The notes beneath the pieces are model-generated. The model made no database searches. It saw only the letters and a list, made by a program, of their open reading frames with translations, and was not told the DNA's origin. A stretch of 64,000 nt of DNA, taken from an uncultured Pseudobdellovibrionaceae bacterium. GTDB taxonomy: Bacteria; Patescibacteriota; Minisyncoccia; Moranbacterales; GCA-2747515. The stretch's first letter is position 1; each line of letters opens with the position of its first letter. Both the position numbers and the translations under genes were made by a program. Positions 57,402 to 64,000 of this stretch are shown in pieces. The stretch covers positions 3,473 to 67,472 of the forward strand of contig CAYXCH010000011.1 of the NCBI GenBank assembly GCA_964463705.1. Direction: 5' to 3'.

Positions 57402-59282
57402 ATGCTCATGGATAATCATGATCGTCATCAAGCACTAAATTCGCTGATTGCGACGTGGATTTTAGAATCCACTACCCGCGCCGGAAGCGGTCATCCCACC
57501 TCATCGCTGAGTGCGCTGCACCTGATGAGTGCGTTGTTTTTTGCACGGACGGCATCGGGGGAGCCGTTATTTCGTTATGATATTAACAATCCGGAGTATT
57601 TGCATAATGATCGGTTGATTTTTTCCAAAGGACATGCCGCCCCGTTATACTATGCGCTGTTTGCCGCCGCCGGTGCGATTTCCGAGGAGGAGTTGATGAC
57701 GTTGCGGACAATGGATAGTAACTTGGAAGGACATCCGACACGCCGATTTCCCTTTACGGAAGTGCCGACCGGATCGTTGGGACAAGGGCTGAGTGCGGCG
57801 GTTGGTGAGGCGCTGGCGTTGCGGGCGCAACACAGTACCGGGCGCGTGTTTGTATTGTTGGGAGACAGTGAGATGGCGGAGGGGCAAATTTACGAAGCGA
57901 TGCAACTGGCGGCATATGATGCGGTAGATCATCTTATCGCGATTGTTGATGTGAATCGGTTGGGGCAGCGTGGCGAGACAATGGTGGGGCGAAATAGTGA
58001 CGTATACATACGGCGGGCGGAAGCGTTCGGGTGGCGTGCGATTGCGGTAGAGAACGGACACGATATGAATGCCATTATCGCGGCGTATACGGCGGCGATG
58101 CGGGAAAATGAAGGTCCGGTTATGATTGTGGCACAGACTCGAAAGGGATATGGACTTCCGTTTGCGGAGGATCAGAACGGTTGGCATGGACGAGCGTTGA
58201 CGGAGGAAGAATTACGTATCGCATTGGAGGCAATTGGTCCGGTGGATCGTACGGTGCGAGGAGAGCTCGCCGTACCATCTATTACACTATCCGACGATGA
58301 TAATACAAGGAAATCTCGTCCCATCGTTCAGGAATCTTCGTTAAATAGTAACTACAGTGGGGCGGTTGCTCCGCGAGTAGCTTATGGAGAAGCGTTGGCA
58401 TCGCTATGCATAGACGATGCAGCAGTTGTGGCATTGGATGCGGAAACCGGCAATTCCACCAAAGCGGCGGCGGTGCTGAAACATACACCGGAGCAGTTTT
58501 ATGAAATGTTTATCGCCGAGCAAAATATGGTAAGTGTGGCGGTGGGAATGGCGCGCCGGGGGTTGCGCCCGTTTGTGTCCACGTTTGCGGCGTTTTTGAC
58601 TCGGGCGGCGGATCAGATTCGCATGGCACAGTATGCGGAAGTGGATATAACGTTTACGGGATCACACCCGGGGGTTTCCATTGGCGCAGATGGGAGCAGT
58701 CAAATGGGGCTGGAAGATCTTGCGCTGTTCGGTGCATTGCGGGAAAGTGTCATTCTATATCCGTCTGACGCGGTAAGTGCGGCAGCCTGTGTTCATACGG
58801 CGCGGACGGTCTCCGGTCTTTCCTATGTACGCATGACACGAGAGGCGCTCCCCATACTCTATGACAATACGGCAGCGTTTCCGGTTGGTGGCTCTCATGT
58901 TCTTCGGCAGTCTTCAGATGATGCGGTAACGGTGTGCGCGGCGGGCGTAACGGTATGGGAGGCGTTGGCGGCGGCGGACACGTTGGCGCAAAACGGTATT
59001 GCCGTTCGTGTAATTGACTGTTACAGTATTCGTCCGTTGGATACAAAAACAATACGGACGGCGGCGGCGGAGACACAGCACCTTGTGGTGGTGGAGGATC
59101 ATTATGAGCACGGTGGTCTCGGTGATCAGATTCGGCGCGCCGTTTGCGGAATGGCGGTGTCGGTAACACATCACTGCGTACGAATAGCGCCGCACAGCGG
59201 AACGCCGCAGGAACTGCGATCGGCGGCGGAAATTGATGCGGCAGCGATTGTTCGGTCCGTTCATGCTATACTGAATGTGTAA
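57402..59282 (+). CDS. tkt: transketolase
   Basis: GSGHP, SKGHAAP, LEGHP, GSLGQG, GDSEMAEG..N and IAEQNMV motifs. Confidence 0.96.
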   Translation: MLMDNHDRHQALNSLIATWILESTTRAGSGHPTSSLSALHLMSALFFARTASGEPLFRYDINNPEYLHNDRLIFSKGHAAPLYYALFAAAGAISEEELMTLRTMDSNLEGHPTRRFPFTEVPTGSLGQGLSAAVGEALALRAQHSTGRVFVLLGDSEMAEGQIYEAMQLAAYDAVDHLIAIVDVNRLGQRGETMVGRNSDVYIRRAEAFGWRAIAVENGHDMNAIIAAYTAAMRENEGPVMIVAQTRKGYGLPFAEDQNGWHGRALTEEELRIALEAIGPVDRTVRGELAVPSITLSDDDNTRKSRPIVQESSLNSNYSGAVAPRVAYGEALASLCIDDAAVVALDAETGNSTKAAAVLKHTPEQFYEMFIAEQNMVSVAVGMARRGLRPFVSTFAAFLTRAADQIRMAQYAEVDITFTGSHPGVSIGADGSSQMGLEDLALFGALRESVILYPSDAVSAAACVHTARTVSGLSYVRMTREALPILYDNTAAFPVGGSHVLRQSSDDAVTVCAAGVTVWEALAAADTLAQNGIAVRVIDCYSIRPLDTKTIRTAAAETQHLVVVEDHYEHGGLGDQIRRAVCGMAVSVTHHCVRIAPHSGTPQELRSAAEIDAAAIVRSVHAILNV

Positions 59283-59300
59283 TTGTATAAAAACAGAACT

Positions 59301-60080
59301 ATGAATGCGGCATATCGGGATGAAGGAAGTATTACGATTCGCATTAACGATCAGGAACGAATGATCCCGTTCTCTCGTCAGCGAGAGATTTTGCTCAATG
59401 CGCAAGATCATGGAGAAGCGGCGTGGCATGTTCAAAAAATTACGGCGGAGTTTGTCAAGGGATATGATTTTCTGCAACGGTTCTCTCGCAGCGTGACATT
59501 TTTTGGCAGTGCGCGGCGGGGATTTCCCGATTCGGTATATCAAGAGGCGGAGCAGTTGGCGGGATTTTGCGCCAAAATGGGCTTTGCGGTATTTACCGGC
59601 GGTGGTCCAGGCATTATGGAGGCGGCAAATAAGGGAGCGAAAGAAGCGGGTGGTGTTTCCATCGGTATCAACATCAACCTTCCGAAGCAGGGCAACCATC
59701 TTACCGAACGACGAAATCCATATATTGATGAAGCGGAGAGTTTTGATTTCTTCTTTTCCCGCAAAGTGATTCTATCGTTCGCGTCGCAATTTTACATTTT
59801 CTTTCCCGGAGGATTCGGAACGATGGATGAGTTGTTTGAAATGTTAACACTTGTTCAGACAAAGAAGACCTCGCCGGTGCCGATTATCTTGGTGGGACGG
59901 GAATTCTGGGCGCCATTGGTGGACTTTATCACCAATACGATTTATCGGTATGGAAATGCAATCAGTGAAGATGATTTACAATTATTCCACGTAGCGGACG
60001 ATGCCGAGGGGGCGATGCGATTTATTACCGACTGTCTGGCACACGGAGAACATACCACTCATGACCATCCAACTGCGTAA
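59301..60080 (+). CDS. LOG-family (TIGR00730-type) nucleotide phosphoribohydrolase
   Basis: VTFFGSAR, TGGGPGIMEAANKGA, FFSRK and PGGFGTMDE motifs. Confidence 0.93.
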   Translation: MNAAYRDEGSITIRINDQERMIPFSRQREILLNAQDHGEAAWHVQKITAEFVKGYDFLQRFSRSVTFFGSARRGFPDSVYQEAEQLAGFCAKMGFAVFTGGGPGIMEAANKGAKEAGGVSIGININLPKQGNHLTERRNPYIDEAESFDFFFSRKVILSFASQFYIFFPGGFGTMDELFEMLTLVQTKKTSPVPIILVGREFWAPLVDFITNTIYRYGNAISEDDLQLFHVADDAEGAMRFITDCLAHGEHTTHDHPTA

Positions 60081-60891
60081 ATCCACCGGTGATACACAAG
60101 CGTTTTCACCGGCGAAGTTGCAACGCTCTCTGCGTCGGGCGGGGGCGACAGCGGAGCAGGCACGTGCCATTGTTCAACAGTTGCCATTGCATGAAATGCG
60201 CAGTACCGCTGACATTCATGCCTATGCTCTTGCGCAGCTGAAAAAGATGCACCCACACCTCGCGGCACGATATAATCTCAAAGCGGCACTGTTGCAATTG
60301 GGTCCGACGGGATATCCGTTTGAAAAATTTGTAGCGGAAGTATTTCGCTCTCTCGGGTATACGGTGCGGACGGGCGTTGTGTTGCCGGGGCGATGTGTGC
60401 GACATGAGGTAGATGTACTGGCGCAAAATGACGAACGTGTGGTATTTATGGAGTGTAAATTTCATGCCCGCCGTTCCTCTCGTTCCAATATTAAGGTGGC
60501 ATTGTATATTAAAGCGCGATTTGATGATCTTGCGCATACGCTCAGTTCACGGGCGAGCGGACGCAAGGTGCAGGGGATTATCGTAACCAATACGGCGTTT
60601 AGTCATGATGCGTGGCGGTATACACGGTGTGTATCGGGGTTGGGGTTGATTCAGTGGCGCCGTCCGCGCGGGTTTTCTTTGGCGGAGCTTATTGAGCGCG
60701 CCGGTGTACATCCGGTGACTGCTCTTACGACGTTGTCACATAAACAGAAAATACACCTTGTGCGTACCGGTGTGGTATTATGTCGCGACGTAACACCAAC
60801 GTCATTACGGTCATTGCATTTATCCGAGCGAAAACGTGCGCGTGTCTTGCGGGAGGCGGCGGCGATTGTGGGACAACTCGCGAACCCTTGA
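60061..60891 (+). CDS. ATP-cone domain fused to an Mrr-like PD-(D/E)xK endonuclease
   Basis: IQLRKSTGDTQAFSPAKL (ATP-cone); LGPTGYPFE, HEVDV..ECKFH, IVTNTAFS. Confidence 0.85.
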   Translation: MTIQLRKSTGDTQAFSPAKLQRSLRRAGATAEQARAIVQQLPLHEMRSTADIHAYALAQLKKMHPHLAARYNLKAALLQLGPTGYPFEKFVAEVFRSLGYTVRTGVVLPGRCVRHEVDVLAQNDERVVFMECKFHARRSSRSNIKVALYIKARFDDLAHTLSSRASGRKVQGIIVTNTAFSHDAWRYTRCVSGLGLIQWRRPRGFSLAELIERAGVHPVTALTTLSHKQKIHLVRTGVVLCRDVTPTSLRSLHLSERKRARVLREAAAIVGQLANP

Positions 60892-60941
60892 CGTTCAGTG
60901 TTTTTTGCGCGACAATAACGAGAATTGACTAGTTGTTGCGT

Positions 60942-63761
60942 ATGCGAGTACTGGGTGTGTGTGTTGTATCGGGGGCGCTATGGTTATCGGCGGCGGTGGC
61001 GCACGCCGCTTTTGTGGATGCGGAGCTCAGTGCCGGAAATGCGATCGCCGCCGGAACGACGGACATTGTGTTGCAACAACAGACGGTGATTACGCAGAAC
61101 GCATTGGAGCCGGGGCAGCATGCACAAGGTTCCGTTCGTGTTGTAAATCAAGGATCGGTAAGAACTCGCTATCATGTGCGAGTGGTGGCGAACGGAGATC
61201 AATGTAGCGCATTAACATTGCGTATTGAGCAAGGAAGCACGGTATTATATGATGGAGCGCTAACAAACGGTGCGCTTTCGGCGGCGGATGCCATCACCGG
61301 TGGTAATAGCGATACGCTGACGTATACGGCAACCGCCACCGCTCCCGCATATGGTTCGGCATGTGTGTTTGCATTGCGCATTGAAGCATCACCGCAGACG
61401 CCGGGAGTACAGCAAGGATTTTATGATATAGAGCAGACGGCCGATAGTAGTGTGGCAACATACGATCCCACTCCTCCATCACCACCAACGCCAACGGGAT
61501 GGACAACAGATACATCAACAACGATTTCCTGTAACGGAACGACGGTAACGGACGGATGGACACGTGATGCATCGGCACAGTTTTCTTGGACGGCGGTAGC
61601 GACATCCACCGCCTATGTCTATACTGTTACCGCACCGGACGGAACGGTAACATCAGCACAGACAACGGATACGGTTACGCCAGGAATAGCACTCTCTGAT
61701 GGAGATTGGACATTTCGTGTACGAGCGGTGCGTGGTGCGCTGGTAGGCAGTGATTCTTCACCGTGCGTGTTGCATGTAGATCGTACCCCGCCCACACCGA
61801 CATCACCGGTGGTAATCAATACGACCATTCCACCCACTACACCACTTGCACGCAACTACGTTACGATGGACTTTACCACCAGTGAGGAGGCGTTTGTGGA
61901 GGTGTACTATGATACGGCGCCGGGAAACGTTTTTGACTATACAACGTATGCCCATCGGTACCCGCCCGCCGGAACATCGCCCACCTATGTAACGCAACAG
62001 AAGGTGGCGTTGCCGTTCCCGGAGCCGGGGGATTACCGATTTATTTTGCGAATGATCGATCGAGCGGGAAATGTGTTTACCACACCAACATTAACATTTA
62101 ATGTGGCAAGCGTATTGGTGCCGTTGGATGTCATTTCATTAAATGAAATTATGCCCAATCCCGTTGGGTCGGATGATGCTCCCATGCCGCAGGGTGAGTG
62201 GGTGGAGTTGTTTAACCGCGGAACGGTACCGGTAGATCTTAACGGGTGGTATATCACCGATGCAACCGGACGACGGTGGACGATTCGCGCGTCCAACAGT
62301 GATGCTGATGGTGATCCATCCGATGGTGGGGAAACAATCATCGCTCCGGGCGGATATTTGGTGGTATATCGCAACGGAACAAATATGACGTTAAATAACA
62401 CTACCGGTGATGAGGTGACGTTATTTAATGCATCAGGAGTAAAGATTGATAGTCATTTATATAACGTCTCCGCACATCCGGAAGGAAAGAGTGTGGCGCG
62501 ATTTCCGGACGGTACCGGCATTTGGATTGATCCGGATCCGACGCCGGGGGGAGACAATACATTGGGAGAAAAAGAAACGGCAGTACTTCGTCAGGCAACG
62601 TTTGTGCAGTGTTTTAAAGAATCTGCCACATTGGTGGAACAGACTCGCGGCACGTTGTGTGACCCGGCGTTTTTGCACTACATCGGAATGATTGATCGGA
62701 CGAATTCACGAACATTGGCACGAATGGAGTTGCTGGAGGATGCGACGGAGCAGGATGAATCATCAGAACACGGTGAACAAGGATCGGCGTCACCGGACTC
62801 TGATAAAGAGGCAACGGAAACACGGACCGACACCGTATCTTCTACCGATGTGACAGATGAAATGGACAAAGAAACGACAGAGCCAAATCAGACAGATTCC
62901 GATGCTGAACTGGGTCAACATGGAGACGGAAAGCCGGAGGAAACGGTGATGATTGCCGACAATGAAGAAGGGGAGGCGGAGCCCAATCCCGATGATCATC
63001 CTCGCCCTCTATCATCTACGATGGATACTACGGACGATGCAGAAGCGATATCTAAACCGACAGCTCCGGAAACAGATTTCGATGCCGGCACGTCCAAGTT
63101 AATAGATGGAACACAAGAATCATCGGAGCAGTTGGCAGCGGAAGAAAAACCAGAGAATACTACCGGTTCAACATTAGATGTACAATCATCTTCCGAGGCA
63201 CTGTCTTCAAAGCCGTCCACAGATACACTATCATCGGTAACACCGGAAACATCGCAATCAGATGAACAATCACTGGTGGAGGACGCGGCGGCTTCCGCAT
63301 CTCAGCAGCCCGCTACATCTGCGCCGAGTACACCGGATGCATCACCAACGCCGAAGCAGGAAACGCCGGAAGAGTATAAAAATACACCGGCAATACGAGA
63401 AGATGCGCCGGAGGATGTGGTAGACGATACAGTAGAACCATCACATGACACAATGAACACAGATGAGTCGGAAAAATCTGCAACAAAAGATACGTCCGAA
63501 ACGGATACAGAAAAGAAGAAAACAAGTAAGACGTCATCAAAACAATCCGATGTTTCAAAGGATGTGAAAAAGAGCGACGCAAACAAGAAAAGCGATAAAA
63601 ACAAGAAAAGCGGTGCAAAAGAAAATGACAAGGAGGATACAAAGAAGGAGAACGTAGAAAAACACGATAAAAAAGAAAAATCGGAATCTGATAAGAAAGG
63701 GGAAAAGAAATCTGAATCATCCGAACAAGAGTCGTCAACAACAGAGGTGACATCGTCATAG
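60942..63761 (+). CDS. large exported protein: SipW/TasA-like N-terminus, Ig/FN3-like domains, lamin-tail domain, charged low-complexity tail
   Basis: AHA-AFVDAELSAGNAIAAGTTDI; ISLNEIMPNP..EWVELFN..VDLNGWYITD..SVARFPDG..PTPG; D/E/S/T/K-rich C-terminus. Confidence 0.8.
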   Translation: MRVLGVCVVSGALWLSAAVAHAAFVDAELSAGNAIAAGTTDIVLQQQTVITQNALEPGQHAQGSVRVVNQGSVRTRYHVRVVANGDQCSALTLRIEQGSTVLYDGALTNGALSAADAITGGNSDTLTYTATATAPAYGSACVFALRIEASPQTPGVQQGFYDIEQTADSSVATYDPTPPSPPTPTGWTTDTSTTISCNGTTVTDGWTRDASAQFSWTAVATSTAYVYTVTAPDGTVTSAQTTDTVTPGIALSDGDWTFRVRAVRGALVGSDSSPCVLHVDRTPPTPTSPVVINTTIPPTTPLARNYVTMDFTTSEEAFVEVYYDTAPGNVFDYTTYAHRYPPAGTSPTYVTQQKVALPFPEPGDYRFILRMIDRAGNVFTTPTLTFNVASVLVPLDVISLNEIMPNPVGSDDAPMPQGEWVELFNRGTVPVDLNGWYITDATGRRWTIRASNSDADGDPSDGGETIIAPGGYLVVYRNGTNMTLNNTTGDEVTLFNASGVKIDSHLYNVSAHPEGKSVARFPDGTGIWIDPDPTPGGDNTLGEKETAVLRQATFVQCFKESATLVEQTRGTLCDPAFLHYIGMIDRTNSRTLARMELLEDATEQDESSEHGEQGSASPDSDKEATETRTDTVSSTDVTDEMDKETTEPNQTDSDAELGQHGDGKPEETVMIADNEEGEAEPNPDDHPRPLSSTMDTTDDAEAISKPTAPETDFDAGTSKLIDGTQESSEQLAAEEKPENTTGSTLDVQSSSEALSSKPSTDTLSSVTPETSQSDEQSLVEDAAASASQQPATSAPSTPDASPTPKQETPEEYKNTPAIREDAPEDVVDDTVEPSHDTMNTDESEKSATKDTSETDTEKKKTSKTSSKQSDVSKDVKKSDANKKSDKNKKSGAKENDKEDTKKENVEKHDKKEKSESDKKGEKKSESSEQESSTTEVTSS

Positions 63762-63780
63762 TCCGTGGTATACTGGTTGT

Positions 63781-63888
63781 ATGACGCAAGAGCAGGTAAC
63801 ATATTTGGCAATTGCATTGGCGATTATATTTTTTGGTGGATTGATCATTAGCGGAGCAATGACAATCTATCAAGCAATCGTCCGCTAA
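63781..63888 (+). CDS. small membrane peptide (35 aa) MTQEQVTYLAIALAIIFFGGLIISGAMTIYQAIVR
   Basis: Single TM helix filling the intergenic gap. Confidence 0.55.
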   Translation: MTQEQVTYLAIALAIIFFGGLIISGAMTIYQAIVR

Positions 63889-64000
63889 TTATACGGATAG
63901 TGCGGTTGCTTATCTTGTCGTGACGCGGTATACTATAAGCAGGGGAAGTGTGTTTTTATGACGGAAACTTGGCAGCGCGCAGGTCTGTGGATTGGCGGCA

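Noticed and set aside
1-64000. Alternative genetic code (TGA=Gly)
   Set aside because: Conserved genes are full length under code 11, and several end at TGA with the next gene abutting
63958-64000. ORF start MTETWQRAGLWIGG
   Set aside because: Truncated by the window edge; too short to call

Overview
Gene-dense chromosomal segment with no rRNA gene, transposase, integrase, phage gene or CRISPR array. It uses genetic code 11: TGA ends murD, ftsQ and trmB. Gene content and architecture suggest a Patescibacteria (CPR), Parcubacteria-type genome; this is inference and was not tested by a search. Housekeeping content: murI, yidD, a CIRCE-controlled hrcA-grpE-dnaK locus, secE-nusG-rplK-rplA, map, prmC, holB, ftsQ, secG, rnj, trpS, pgi, ychF, trmB, pyk, murD, tkt and three tRNAs. 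There is also a complete A/V-type ATPase operon (H-I-K-E-C-F-A-B-D) whose c-subunit carries a Na+-site signature, many glycosylation genes, and several large surface proteins. The most unusual items are: a NUDIX hydrolase fused to GrpE; a ribbon-helix-helix domain fused to a degenerate nucleotidyltransferase, with a repeat-rich upstream region; an unannotated, highly folded ~180-nt transcription unit encoding a 26-aa hydrophobic peptide; a CheD/CNF1-like Cys-His orphan; tandem GH-A-like surface hydrolases sharing a 74-bp near-identical tract; and a candidate Na+-riboswitch-like hairpin upstream of the ATPase operon. All family calls come from motif recognition by eye.
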